Below, in pieces: positions 39,871 to 52,960 of a stretch of DNA of 64,000 bases; within the stretch, counting starts at the first letter, position 1; each line of letters begins with the position of its first letter. The translations under genes and the position numbers were made by a program. Where the stretch lies: NCBI RefSeq assembly GCF_009914755.1, contig NC_060929.1; one strand, 5' to 3'. Origin of the DNA: the human T2T-CHM13v2.0 reference genome, Homo sapiens. The notes beneath the pieces are model-generated. The model worked only from the letters and a program-made list of their open reading frames with translations. It had not been told where the DNA came from and searched no databases.

Positions 39871-42349
39871 TAGTTATTTAAGCATTGCTGTTTTAAAGGC
39901 TTAGAAGTGATATAGCCTTCCACCTCTTCCACATAAAACATTGTAATCAAGGAATCTGTTTAAAATGTCACTCAGTTTGTAGCTTCCTGTGTTGTTGTCC
40001 TTCACCAGCTCTCATTTATAATTTAATCTTTATTTCCATCTTATGACTTAATGTGTAATACTTTGCATGTGGTCTTAGAAAATGATACAGTTACGTTTAA
40101 ATCCGCTGGATGAAGAAGCTAAGGTAGAAAGGGGAATGTGTACTGCTAGAGGTTACGGGCTTTGACGGTGCAAGTATGATGTAGAAAAGAGTTTTCCTTA
40201 AAGCATTTAGTAAATATTTATTGCGTGTACAGACTGTGCCAGGCATTGTTTAGGGGTATAGTCACTGCCCTCATTAAATGTACATTCTAGTAAAGCAGCT
40301 TCTGCAAACCCAGGTATTTGTGTTCTGTGTCTCTTAACATCACTGACAATCACTGTCAAATGTTATGTGAATTTTACCACCATTTTTTTCAAAAAGATTT
40401 TTGAATATTGTTAATGCCTCCTAGTTCATGGATGCCTATGAGGCCACTAGGAAATGCTAGCAAGTTCAGGGGACCTAGGATCCTCACCCCATGCACATGA
40501 CAGTGGATAGACAGTGTCTCGTGTGATAATTAGAATTGAAGAAACTTGTGAAGGTGGATACAGGTAACTCATTCACTCATGCCTTGGTTTTCCCACACTC
40601 CTATCTATTTTCTGTTTCTTGATAAAGTTTAAATTAATATACATAAATGTGTTTTGAAATATTACTGTCTTAAGGGTATTAAGCCTATTCATTTTAAGCT
40701 TGCTAGTTAGGTGCAGGAAAATTTGACTCGAAAATATTTCCCTTTGTCGGGTGCCTTTTCCTCCTGTTGTTTCTCTTTTAATGTGAATATCCACTACCAC
40801 AGTGTTCCTTCTAAAGATCTATGGGAGGAAGAAGAAGTGATAAAAGTCTTGATTACTTCACTTCTGCAGAAGTAATGATAAGCTCGTTCCAAAACCCAAA
40901 TGCACATTTGCCCCTTTAGGGTCACTTTAATCAAGGCATCATCACAGATGATGCATGTCTACCAAAATGAGATTTTCTGACCTTCCGAAATGAACATGAT
41001 CTGGGCTTGCATTTGGGGTGTCTGACTTAATGTGCTTCATGTTTATAAGACTTAAATTAAACCTGCGTATATTATTGGGGAGAAATTCAACAATTTTACC
41101 AATAATTTAAAAAGTAATTGATGTTTTTTTCTCTTAAATAGAGTTTGAGCCCATTATAGCAAAAATATTTTAAATATTGAACTGTTAATTGCCTTAATAA
41201 TTCTAGAATTCCTTGTAAAGACAAACACTTACTGTAAAGATAAAGTAGAAGTGTAAACGGTGTAATTGTAGTTTTGGGCTCAGAATGTAGATTAACCCAT
41301 GTGACGGATGTGTCCAATACAAACAATATATTCTGACTACACTATACAGATTTTTTTTCTGTTTTTCCCTATATTCGAAGAGGACACTAGATAAATTAAT
41401 TTGAAAAGTCTATATGTTCTAGAAATGGACAATAATAAAGGACAAGTAAAACTTAGTTTGCGTTGGTAACAGATGATACTTCATATAAAAGATTAAGTTT
41501 TTCCTTACATTTCACAGTGAGGAATGGTAGCCACCTAACAAGTCACAGTGCCATTTAATGTTTCATATTATTTCTAAGTGTAACCTGTGTTTTTTCATAT
41601 TGTTAATTATATGCAGATTCGTATACATTTGTTCACCCCAGATTTAAGAATGGTTATCATGGAGAATCAGTCCAAGTGCCTGAGAATAATACTCGAAAAG
41701 CCATCAATAAGAAAATTGTGAAAAATAAAAGTGAAATAAACAAATTAGATTAAGAGCAATAAAAGGTTTAAAGCTATACCCCTAAAAGGGTTTGTTAAAA
41801 ACTAAATTTTTTATAGTTATATAAGTTGGAAATAATTTGGGGGCATGCATGCAAAATGAGCTTAAAATAGGTTTTATATAAATGATGAACATATGGTGAT
41901 CTATGAATGCAGTGGCAAATGGGATTCACTGGATAATATGCCCATTCCTCCTTTTCTCTCCAATTTCTCTGTCAAATGAAAGCCAGAAGAGATTATGATT
42001 AAAGTTATTCTGAGGAAAAACAAAATTCTGAGTCGTAGATTATAAGCCCCTACTTGCTTTCTGCTTTCCAACTTCGCCAAATCTGTGTTGCTGCTCAAGG
42101 GCAAGATGACCTTAGTGTTACCTCCAGATGCCCTTCTAACTGGTGGTACCATACCAGTAGGAGAAAAAGATTCACAATGACTGTAACAAAACTTAGCCGG
42201 GTGACCCAGGGGAGGGTGTTGACTTTTTCTAGAGATTGCCGTCTGGTACCCACTATTTCCCAAAACAAACTCCTCTGATTTTGATCATCCTTATCATTAT
42301 TTTGTCATTTGATTTTTACTAATGCTGCTAAATATTGCATTTCAGAGAT

Positions 42350-42560
42350 TGCACCAGAAGCTTTAGACACATTATCTCATGTGCTAACGAATGACTCTAG
42401 GATATACACAGTGTTATCCCCATGGAACAGATAAAGAAACTAAGGTTCTGAGCAGTTAAATATCTTGCCCAAGACATAAAGATCAATGAATAGCAAAGTT
42501 AAGAATTTAAACCAAGTTTTACCTGTCTCCAATTCCTTAGTTCCGTTTACTAAGTTCTAT
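42350..42560. mobile_element. MIR
   Basis: TTATCCCCATGGAACAGATAAAGAAACTAAGGTTCTGAGCAGTTAAATATCTTGCCCAAG. Confidence 0.8.
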
Positions 42561-42587
42561 TGAATTTCACACTATATTTGGCCATCT

Positions 42588-42898
42588 TTCTTTTCCTTTT
42601 TTTTTTTTTGAGATGGAGTCTTGCTCTGTCACCAGGCTGGAGTGCGGTGGTGCAACCTTGGCCAATCTTGGCTCACTGCAATCTCCGCCTCCCAGGTTCA
42701 AGCGATTCTCCTGCCTCAGCCTTCCAAGTAGCTGGGATTACAGGTGCACGCCACCACACTCAGCTAATTTTTGTATTTTTACTAGAGACGGGGTTTCACT
42801 ATGTTGGCCAGGGTGGTCTTGATCTCCTGACCTCGTGATGTATCCGCCTCAGCCTCTCAAAGTACTGGGATTACAGGCGTGAGCCATCACGCCCAGTC
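42588..42898 (-). mobile_element. AluSc-like with a small internal duplication
   Basis: CTGTCACCAGGCTGG, GATCTCCTGACCTCGTGAT; CAACCTTGGC/CAATCTTGGC duplication; TSD CATCTTTCTT. Confidence 0.95.
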
Positions 42899-43049
42899 CA
42901 TCTTTCTTAATGTTATGTAAATGGGCCAAGTTTGTTTCCCCTCTCTCTGCTTTTTGATTTGTCGTTCTTCCTACCAGAAACACTCCATTCTCTTTGCCGT
43001 TAGTTCTTTGAGCCACGACATGGATCCTAAATAATGGAAACTCCAGTTT

Positions 43050-43492
43050 TGTCTTCTCAGCTTCCCTAACACTCTTTTTCTTCTGCTCATGTAATTCAAG
43101 TGGGCTTCTGCTACCCCCAGATCTAGCAGAAGTGCTCAGAGATGCCTCCTCCCTCTGACCATAGTAATTGTTTGGAGATGAATATGCAACTCAAACTGAA
43201 TCAGTTAGAGTCCTCCTCAAGATGTTGACATCATCAGAATGACTTTTTCTTCCTGGTAGTTTAACTTACAGCCATCTTTCCTGCCTTGTAGAGCATCTCT
43301 TCTAAGAAAACATTCATTCAGGGAAAATCACAGACATATGGAAAAAGACAAACCTATCAGGTTAAGACTGAGACCCTGGATCTAGCTGTGCCTGAAGCAG
43401 TCCAATTTTTCCAATGGCAGATGAAACTACCACCCCATATTTTCTATATGAATTTGTATTGTGTCTGAAACTTATATTGATTCTCACTAATA
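43050..43492 (+). mobile_element. Old MaLR LTR (MLT1J/K/L-like)
   Basis: TGACCATAGTAATTGTTTGGAGATGAATATGCAACTCAAACTGAATCAGTTAGAGTCC; CTGGATCTAGCTGTGCCTGAAGC. Confidence 0.65.
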
Positions 43493-43929
43493 TTCTTATT
43501 GATCTGTCACATCTTTTCTGGTCGTCTGGGTCGTTATTATATTACATCCCTGAATAGCCACATTTCTCAGTACTTCAAAAAATGTCCCTGAACCCTCTTC
43601 TTAAAAGAGTCATTTTCTTTTCTCTTTATTTGTATCAATTCATAATCCCAATAGACTATAACTTCTAAGACAGTACAGACCAGGCCCTATTCTTCCTCAT
43701 ATTCATTTATGCTACTCAGCGTATAGTGTATGTGTTCCAGTAAATTTAATACAACAATATAAAACACATGCTTAAGCACTATCACATATATTGAGATTAA
43801 TAAGATTGAGAACTACTTCTGAGGCACTTAAAATCATTTTGCAGAATGGGAGAAAGGCAAGGCATAAGTATTGAATGAAGCAAATTACTTTAATACAGGA
43901 TAGAGTAAGAGTGGGGATGGAGGCAGAAG

Positions 43930-44085
43930 CTCGTATTTAATGAGTGCTTGTTATGTGCAAAGCACACTGAGCTAAGACCTTGGCACGCATTATCTCCAGA
44001 AATCCTCAAAATCACACTACAGAGAATTTTATACATTGTAATATGGAGGAAACTGAGACTGAACAAAGATTATTATCTTGACCAT
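43930..44085. mobile_element. MIR
   Basis: ATTTAATGAGTGCTTGTTATGTGCAAAGCAC..AATCCTCAAAATCAC..GAGGAAACTGAGACT. Confidence 0.75.
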
Positions 44086-45452
44086 GCTTTCATTCCAGAT
44101 GGCATGTGCTGAACAAGTGCCACTTCTGGGAGGAAAATATACATAAGACTGAGTAAAATGTTACTTAGGTTCTCAGACAACAAGGTAGGTGGCTGGTGGG
44201 TGGATTCTACTTAGAGCCAAGGAGGCAATGCAGTGTAGACAAAGTGGTGTACAGTGAGATCATGTTAAAGGAGTCAAATGGAGCCCAAGATAGAAGGAGG
44301 ATTGTGGATTCGGAATCAACTGGTGCAATACATGAGAAAATGTCAGCACGAGCAATTCAGACCTAAGACTGCGGATGGGTTGTGAGTGATGACCTGATGT
44401 TCTGACTGTGAAATTCAGGGATAGTATTGGAGGCTTAAAATCATCTTGAAGGTCTGGACACACAGTCCCATGGTTAGTAAGGGGGAGGCAAGTAGGATTG
44501 GCCACAGTCCACCTCCAAAGTCCTCATTCTTTTCCTCTTACCCAGGTGCCTGAAGTGTCAAAGAGAATTTTAAAGTGCTATGGGAGCTCAAAGGAAAGTG
44601 AGATATACCTAGAGATTTAGGAGGCAGCTTTGGAAAAGAATGTCAAGGGATGCTTCAGATTTTAACAGAAAGAAATACATAGAATAAGGAACATTTGTGG
44701 CTGAAAAAAAAATGGTAAGAACTTAAGTGTAAGAAATGCATGTTTTGAGTGATCGATGAAAAACGGGTGTGAGAGTTAGTTTCAGAAAACATTCTGGGGA
44801 AGAAAAATGGGGCTTGTCTTCTAAAAGCCTATGATCCAATGGGTGACTCCTGTCCAAAACCACATCTATGGTTCTCAGTCATGAGTTTTGATCTGAAAAA
44901 TTATACTTTTAAAAACTCTTCAGTTTTGGTTTACTTTTTCTTTTCACATCATAAAGGATTGTTTAACTAGATCATGGTGTGGCATACAAGTAAATATCCT
45001 CAGTTTTGAAGCCACTGTTGAGAGTTCTTCCTTATTTGCAAGTCTATCATATTAGAGATAGAAGAGTGGAAAAAATATGAATTAAAAATTTGATTTGAGT
45101 TGGGATTTGGGATAAAATCACTTGGGCTGAAATCCAGACTAAATATGTAGGCACAGGAAAGCTATTTACATTGTATTTCCTTTATATCTTTGCAAGATAG
45201 TCATGAAAATCGTGAGAAGGCAAACTCAATTGTTTAGCAGACTATTATAGAATAAGGGCCTAATAATCATAAACTATTATTCATAAATTATCATATAGAA
45301 AAATTAAGTGCTGTATCTGATTTGCATTAGAGAAAGTTATTCTTCAAGAACTAAAAAAGTAGAACTATACTAAAAGACTTTATAACTCTGGTATTAAAAT
45401 AGAGGTGGTATCGTATGCTACAGATGAGAAAGTAAGACCCAAAAATATATCC

Positions 45453-45508
45453 ATGATTTAACCAGATCCGTCAGTTTGCTATGATTTAACCAGATCAGTC
45501 AATTAGTT
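45453..45508. repeat. Imperfect 28-bp tandem duplication
   Basis: ATGATTTAACCAGATCCGTCAGTTTGCT / ATGATTTAACCAGATCAGTCAATTAGTT. Confidence 0.85.
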
Positions 45509-45654
45509 TCACCATTATGTAACATATCATCATCTTTCCAGCCTCCAACATTTATTGAGTTTTCTTGCCACTTGCTAGCTGGCTGCAAAGCCAATCCCAA
45601 GTTTTTATTTATAAATTTATTATTTACAGCAATATTTCACTTCCAGGCACCAAT

Positions 45655-46027
45655 GTCTATATCAATTACCTTTAATGGTGAGGTAACAAGTACTTCCAAG
45701 TTATCAGTAGCTTAAAACCACAATGGTTGATTTCCTCTTGCATGACACATGCTGCAGCTCTGCTATGGCTCTTTTCCATGTGTCTGTTTATTCCAGGACC
45801 CGTGCTGACCAAGCAGCCCTTTGTGGTATATGATGGCCTTGTGACAGAGGGAAAAACTCTGGCCAAACACACGAGGGCTTTCAAAACTTCTGCAAAGAAA
45901 TGGTAACATGTTAGTTCAGCTCCTATTTCCTTGGCCACAGCAAGTGTCATGGCCCACCTTAATAGTGATGGCCTGGAGAAGTATAAGCTTCTCACCTGGT
46001 TAGTAAATGACAGAGTCATAATACTAA
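45655..46027 (-). mobile_element. Old MaLR LTR (MLT1J/K-like), interrupted near its end by an ERV1 LTR
   Basis: GGTAACAA..TCAGTAGCTTAAAACCACAA..ATTTCCTTGGCCACAGCAAGTGTCATGGCC. Confidence 0.65.
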
Positions 46028-46862
46028 TGATAGGGGCAGGGAGCAGAGAAATTCTAGACAGAAAACGGTGAGCATCCAGCAAAATCCCACTCTCAAGCTG
46101 AAAAGCCTGAAACCATGGCCCAAAGTGAGAACGTATGTCCCTGTTTTTCCACTCGAATGTTGCCTTTTCCTAAACCACCATGGCCTGCCCCACTCCATCC
46201 TGTGTCTATAAAAAACCCAGACTCAGCCAGTAGATGGGACTATGGCTGGACATCAGAGAGAAGTGGCTTGACTTCAGAGGGACAGCTTGATGGTATAACT
46301 TCAGAGAAGAAACCAGCCAGAGATGGCCAGACTTCAGGGGAAGATTACCTACCTGCCTCATCCCCTTTTAAGCTCCCCTTCCCACTGAGAGCCACTTTCT
46401 TTGGTGATAAAAGCCCCCACATTTACCATCCTTCAATTCCTTCTTGCAACCCCATTTTTCCTGGATGCTGGACAAGAGCTCAGGAGACATGACTGCAGAT
46501 GAAACGGCTGTCATGCTTTCCCTTTGCCCTTGCAGAGGGTAGCCACCTCCTGCAGAAAGGCAAAGGGCCCACTGAGCTGTTAACACTTAAGATGTCTGCA
46601 GACAGCAGAGCTAAAAGAGCACCATAACATGCCTTCAGGAGTCGCAGGCACCCCGCCTGGATGCTGCTGGAGGGCTTGCATGGAGTTCATTCCTGCTGGC
46701 GCCCAAAAGTGGCCAGCCAGTTCCAGTGCTTTTTCACTCCAGTTCCTGCACTTGTTTGCTCAGGCACTCGCTCCTGTGAGGATTAGAGAATGGCAGGCTG
46801 ACTAAGCAAGGCGCACCCCTGTCGTGGGTCCCATGAAAGGGTCAGGAAAATAATCTGCTTCA
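46028..46862 (+). mobile_element. ERV1-class solo LTR (LTR1/LTR27/LTR28 group), 835 bp, intact termini
   Basis: TG...CA termini (TGATAGGGGCAGG...CTGCTTCA); 4-bp TSD CTAA (46024-46027, 46863-46866); TATA box CTATAAAAA at ~46206. Confidence 0.85.
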
Positions 46863-46899
46863 CTAATGTTACCAACAAGACCTTCGAGTGGGTACTTAA

Positions 46900-47518
46900 C
46901 GCTTGGCAGAATGCTAAGATGCTTCCCTGGACTCTTTATCCCCTATTGATAGCCCTAAGGATTATAAGTACAATGGATTTTACTCCCATGATCAGGTTAT
47001 ATTTTATGGCACAGTTGATTTTAAGAGAGGAAGGTTATCTGAGTGGGATTGACCTAATCACATAAACCCCTTTAAATCTGGGTCTAATAGAAAGAGAAAG
47101 CTAAGAACTGGAAGCACAAGGGAGATTTGATGGGAGAAGTCCTCAGTTCCCGGCTTGGAGGTAGACAGGGCCACATGGTGAGAAATTCAGCTGCTCTCCA
47201 GGTGCTGTGAGAGACCACTGGATCACAGTCAAAATGGGGATCTTGGTTCTACAACCACAGGAAATTAAACCTCATTTCTACAACCACATGTAACTGAATT
47301 TGGCCAAGAGCACTGTGAGGCAGATTCTTCCTTAGAACCAGCAAAAAGAAATGCAGTCTTGCTGACACCTCAGTTTCAGCCTTGTGTTCCCCCAACCATA
47401 GAACCCAGTCACTCTGGGCCCAGACTTCTGACGTCCAGAACTGTGAGCTAATCACTGGGTATAGTTAAGCTACTCCCCATGTGGTAATCTGATTTACAGC
47501 AGTAGAAAACTAAATCCA
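46900..47518 (+). mobile_element. MaLR solo LTR (MLT1E/F-like)
   Basis: GGCAGAATGCTAAGATG..TACTCCCATGATCAGGTTA..GACCTAATCACAT..CTACAACCACAGGAA..TTGCTGACACCT..CAGCAGTAGAAAACTAA. Confidence 0.82.
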
Positions 47519-47519
47519 T

Positions 47520-48030
47520 ATTACTCTCCTACTTACTAGCTCTGTGTCTTCAAGCCAATGTTTTGGCTTCTCTAAGCCTTAGTTTTCTCATATTTTACAA
47601 ATAAAATATCTACTCCATAGATTTCATATTGTGATAATCAAATAAGGTAAAATATGCAAAATTGATTGTAAACAAAGTGCTACAAACAGGTAACGATTGA
47701 CATTGCAACATATAACATAGTAGTTTGGTCATTTACATGTACAAAGCAATAAATACAGGAATCCTTTATTTTCCTATAAAGTCTCACCAAATTCAGGAAA
47801 CAGTCATGGAGAAAGGGAGACAAAATAAGCATTAGAGCTAAGCAACAAGGGTTTGGTTTCAACTCTGCCATTGGAAAAGTTACAGGAATTTGAGTAATGT
47901 ACTTAATTTCACTAAGCCTGTTTCTTTAAGTGTAAAACATTTAATATCTACAAAAGATTTGTTATTGAAGATTAGAGATAATACATATACATCGTTCCCA
48001 GTGTAGGCACATATAAGCCCCAAATATTCA
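47520..48030. mobile_element. Two MIR relics (~47520-47690 and ~47840-48030)
   Basis: CTACTTACTAGCTCTGTGTCTTCAAGC..CTCTAAGCCTTAGTTTTCTCAT; TACTTAATTTCACTAAGCCTGTTTC..GAAGATTAGAGATAAT. Confidence 0.7.
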
Positions 48031-48724
48031 TAACATTTATAATAATAAATAACACTGGCTATATAATATTAAAAATATATACAGCATATTCTATGTCCAT
48101 TTGCTTTCTGGCCTGTCCTGGACGAGGTCAAATTATCCATTGAGGTAGAAGTTCAAAATGAAGTCTAGCAGACTGTCATCCTGGGCATATTGGCTTCAGG
48201 CTTAATCTGGATGGAAATATTCTCCACTCATCACATCTTCAGCTTTCAATTATGGGTTTTACATTAAAGTTCAGTGAGCATCATAGATAAGCTCTCTTGA
48301 TTGACATCATTAAAAAATTCTTTAGTTCAGTGGCATCTTGCCTGCAGATTTATTAGACTGCTTTTTTTGGTACACTGCCTGTTTGAGGGAGAAAATATTC
48401 CGCTACTACATAAGGGCAGGATAAAGATTAAGCACAATTGCCAATTGCACATACGGAGTCTGATGTGTTCCTATTACCAAAAGGAATCTGTAGAGTCTGA
48501 TATCCAGGAATAGGAAGAAACTTCAGAATATCCTGAAACCCAGCCTCATGCGCTGAGTCAGGTCAGGTGGTGGTACCTGTTTCACACGTGGAAGCACCAG
48601 AAATGTGGGTGCTTTGTTTAGTATCTTGTAACTAGCTTGCTGTCTGATCTCAAGGTCCTGCATTCTTCCTATTGTGCCACAAGATTCATAATGCTGTTCT
48701 CTAGAGGCGGTCTCGCCTACTCAC

Positions 48725-48815
48725 AGTCTCTTGATGGATAATAAGAAACTTTATTCTCTTGATGCGTGTTTACAAAGTAGATAATTTACCAGTGAATCAA
48801 ATATTTATTGAACAC
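48725..48815 (-). other. Candidate non-coding exon (91 nt) with an L2-tail-derived acceptor
   Basis: Minus strand: tcctctaccccctgtag|GTGTTCAATAAATATTTG...GAGACT|gtgagt. Confidence 0.25.
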
Positions 48816-50039
48816 CTACAGGGGGTAGAGGATGTTGCCAGGCAGTAAAAAGAAACTGAGATATCCAAGATACAATTCTTGTCATGATGGAAATGATAAT
48901 TTGGCTGAGCCACAAAAATACTTTAATGAAATTATAAGTAACATTATCACAAAATATATCAATGTCTCAGTGAGTCCCTCAGATCACTGGAATCAAAATC
49001 AACTGGTGATTGCTACAAACACTATATTTTGAGAATTACTTTAATATGTGCTAAGAGTCGATTATATGATAGCAAAAAAAAGAATGCTCTATAGAACCGA
49101 AACACAAGACCTTAATAGGACAAATTACTCCATAAGAGACAAATGAGTGGATGAATATATGCAGCAGGGATTGAACAAATATCAAAACAAACAGAGGTGA
49201 TCAGGGAAGGTAGTGATGAAACTATAAACAATTGACTAGATTCATGAATAGCAGGGAAAGTAATGTAGAAATTCTATGACATTAATAATGTTATTACAGA
49301 TGGGCATTTTTAGTCTTTTTATAGCCAAAATTATGGTCAAACTGGAGAGCCTGAAAGGATGGAACATTTTTTTAAGGATTCATAGTCAGAATCTTTTTTC
49401 TGAGGACATGTTAAAAACAATAGCGAAGGCTAAATGATAATATGCAGTCACATTTGAATATATTTTTCCATCCATGTGAAAAGAAACATGATGTGTTACA
49501 TGGTATTCTAGGTTAACAATGTGGTTATTTCCTTGGAAGGAAAGGCAAAGACATGTAATTGTCAGCAAGACAATTTTTTTGTCCCTAATATATTAGGAAC
49601 CCATTTTTAAAAGTAGATACATCTAGAAGAATCTTTCCTTCGAATCTCAAATTTTTTTTAATTTTATTTTTTTTCAGTAAATGCTTTTAACAAAAGCAAT
49701 AGCAGCTCAACCCTCCCTTGAAAAACCCATTGAAATTAAGAACATGTGAACATGTTTGGTTTTTTTGTTGTGTATGTTTACATTTTGTATTTTGTCAGAA
49801 GAGAATGCTACAGTTTGAAGACTGTATTAGAACTTCTCATGCACGACAGTATTGAAAAAGAATGCATTATTTGTGAGCATGTGGTATCTGAGTTTGATTT
49901 TTATTTTTATAAGTGCATTATATCTTGATTGTAAAATAATGCATACATGTAACAAAAATTCAGGTAAAAATCTTGATTTCACCATAATCCAGTGACCCAG
50001 AGGTAAATATTGTTAATCATTATTTCATATATCAACATC

Positions 50040-50240
50040 TTTCTCTCTCTCTATATATATATACATATACACACGTATATTTATTATGTAAATAAGAAAT
50101 ATGTGTGTATATATATTTCTGTATATGTGTATATTATACAAATAAGAAATATATATGCTTATATAAATAATAGGAAATATATAAAATATGTAACACATTA
50201 TATATAATATATATTAATATAAGAGGAATAAAGATAATAT
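50040..50240. repeat. Low-complexity (TA)-rich tract within a probable old L1ME 3' fragment
   Basis: CTCTCTATATATATATACATATACAC...TATATAATATATATT. Confidence 0.8.
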
Positions 50241-51118
50241 ATTTTTTACTTAATGTATTCATTAAGTAAAAGTGGAATATTCAACCACTTGCTTTTTTTC
50301 TGCAAATTTGCTAATATATATTGGATATTCTTCTAGAAATACTTTTGTCCTTCAGCAAGAACAGAGACTTGGAAACGGGTATGAAGTGAGAAGCCTCATT
50401 ACTCTGTTATGAATTACACGTAAATCAGATTGGCTGGAAAACAAATGGCCGGTTTGCTTTCAACTGCTGTTGAGCATTCCAATGATAGTTGGCTTCTTTG
50501 TATGGAATTCAGTACTGCTTCTGTGAAAACTGTGTGCAACCCCAAATAGTCAATTCTAAATCTTGTTAATAGTGTTATTAAGTTGCATTATTGTAAGCTT
50601 CATTTCAATTATTAAGAACTATCAATAGGCTTATTAAAATACTCATTCTGTTAAAATGATCCAGTACTGTTAACTGTAAGAGAAGACCAGCCAACACCTT
50701 ATTCTAAAATTTCCTAGTGAGAAAATTGTTTAGAATCTTATATTATCATTATCTTACTGCTCTGAAAGAAATTTTCCACATGAAACCCATTTTCCTCACG
50801 TGTAGATATGATCTGGCACAGTGGTATGGTGTAGTCATTAAAGGTAGGCTTATTTTTCAATATTGCTGAAACTAAAAGCATTTTGTATGTTCACTGCATT
50901 ATTGAAAATGTTAGATAAAGAAGAACTAACATTAGTAAGTTTATTTATGGTTTACAATGTGTTTTCGTATTATTTTCTCTTTTAATAAAGATAATTTGGA
51001 AAAATATGAGCTGGATGTCAGCATTCCTCCTGGGAATTTCAAGAAATATTTTTATTCATTTGCTAAACTTTTATTGAGCGCTTATAGGATCTGAAACCCC
51101 ATGATACAAGGTTTAGTC

Positions 51119-51162
51119 CAGTGGTTCTTAACCTTGGCTATATATTGTAATCACCTGGAGAG

Positions 51163-51193
<31 letters not shown>

Positions 51194-51316
51194 TGGATGC
51201 CAAGGCCACAGCACAAACCAATTACAGTAAAATATTGGGGGTCAGAATCTCAGCATTGATAGTATATTCAAATTTTCCAGGCAATTCTATCATGTAGTCA
51301 AGGTCAAGAATTAGTA
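51119..51316. mobile_element. MER5A-type hAT-Charlie MITE with an (AAAAC)n expansion
   Basis: CAGTGGTTCTTAACCTTGGCTATATATTGTAATCACCTGGAGAG...CCAGGCAATTCTATCATGTAGTCAAGGTCAAGAA. Confidence 0.85.
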
Positions 51317-52089
51317 ATTTTCAACATAAAAGCATAATATAAAGATAAAGACAATTTAATCAGCAGTTAAATGTTATATTCAAATATAAATTTAGATTGG
51401 AGTAATTAGAAATACAGAGTTAAATGCATTTTTATTACACTTATAGTGTAGAATCATATTTTACTTGCTAAAATCTATAAAGTTATTTTTGCATTGCTCT
51501 TCATATCTAGAAAAATAATGAATAGGTAGGTAGGTAGGTAGATAACACTAATACAGGCATGATACCTTGAGATCTGCCTACTACTGTGTGTATCAAAACA
51601 AAGGAAAGTAAATATCAAAAAAAAAATCCATGAAAGATATAAATCTTTACTATATGATTCCTTTAAAAGTCAGCTCAGAGGCCAGTATTGCATATCACAA
51701 AGAACGATACTTATTCTCTTTGCCTAAATCTGTCCACTCCTACAACTGCTAATGAGCTCTTTCTTTTCCTGAAGAATGGTTTCGCCATGTCTCTATCCCC
51801 AACTGCACCTTTCTCTAAGCAATGCTCCACCCCTGTATCAACATCATGAGGTCACTGTCATCACATGGCTCCAAAAATCTAATTATTTTTTTGCCCTTAC
51901 TAATTTTGGTTAGGATAAAAATGGATCCCTTTGGGAGTTGGGTGAATTAAACACTTCACGATGCGTGTAATTGACTGACGGTAAGACAGAAGACAGTTTG
52001 ATAATGATAGCTGAGAAGATCTATAGAAAGGAATGAGAAGGAAGGGAGGAAGAAAAGGATTAAAAAAAATGGAGGGAGGGGAGGTTAGA

Positions 52090-52700
52090 TAAACTAAACC
52101 TAAGTCCCTCTCTGCTCAAAACCAGCAATTGCTTTTCTTCAAATGACAGTAAATCCCAGCCTGTATCACTGCCCACAAAACTGCACAAATGTGGCTCTGC
52201 CCACACCTCCTTGCTCTGCTTTTCCTTGCTACTTCTACTCTGGCCACCCTGGCCTCATTTCTTGAACATGCTAAACTCATTGCCTCAAGGGCTTTGCATT
52301 TAGTATTCCTTTTGTCTAGACCGGCGCTTGCATACATTTCGCAATATCTGCAGAAATTTTTGATTGTCACAACTAGAAACATGTTACTAGCATCTAGTAG
52401 GTAGAGGCTGAGAAGGCTGGTTAATATCCTACAAGGCCTAGGTCAGCCCCACCCAACAAGGATTCATCTGTCTTCAAATGTTAGGAGTACAGAGGGTGAG
52501 AAATTCTAGTCTAAACCTCTTTTCCCAGATCCCTTCTGCTTCTCCTTTTTTTTTGGGGGGGTGGGGGGCTCTCCTTAAATGTCAGTTGCATAAGGAGGTA
52601 TTTCCAGATTGCCTTATCTAAAATAATAGTCCCTATCACACTGTCTCTATCCTGTCATGCTGCTTTCTGTTTATTCTATGGCATTTATAAATGTAATGTT
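52090..52700 (+). mobile_element. L2 relic split by MER20
   Basis: CTCTGCTCAAAACC..CTCTGGCCACCCTGGCCTCATTTCTTGAACATGC..GCCTCAAGGGCTTTGCA; resumes TTTTCCCAGAT..CTTAAATGTCA. Confidence 0.8.
52322..52508 (+). mobile_element. MER20 (hAT-Charlie) with a short internal deletion near its start
   Basis: ACATTTCGCAATATCTGCAGAAATTTTTGATTGTCACAACT..CATCTAGTAGGTAGAGG..GGTGAGAAATTCT; 8-bp TSD GTCTAGAC/GTCTAAAC (52314-52321, 52509-52516). Confidence 0.88.
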
Positions 52701-52849
52701 ATTGATGTTAAAATGGACAAATACATAAGACAAATGAAAAACTGTTCCTACTAAATGTCCAGCAAGTTCCAAGATGAATCATACTTGCAGTAATATTAAA
52801 TGAGAGGAAAAAATTACCATGTATTTCAAGACTGAAGAAACGCGAAATT

Positions 52850-52960
52850 ATCCAGATTTTGCAAAGAAAACTGAGGCTTCAAGAGGTTAAGGAACGTACC
52901 CAAGATAACATAGCTCTTAAGTGGCAGACGTAGAGAGCTGATGGTTAGATTTCCTCTTTG
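52850..52960. mobile_element. MIR
   Basis: GAAAACTGAGGCTTCAAGAGGTTAAGGAACGTACCCAAGATAACATAGCTCTTAAGTGGCAGA. Confidence 0.8.

Noticed and set aside
41901-42263. 120-aa minus-strand ORF in unique sequence
   Set aside because: Non-ATG start, no recognisable domain, no convincing flanking splice sites; the length is compatible with chance.
52385-52410. CTCF site in MER20
   Set aside because: This copy reads CTAGCATCTAGTAGG, diverged at core positions from the consensus CTGGCATCTAGTGGG; binding cannot be supported.
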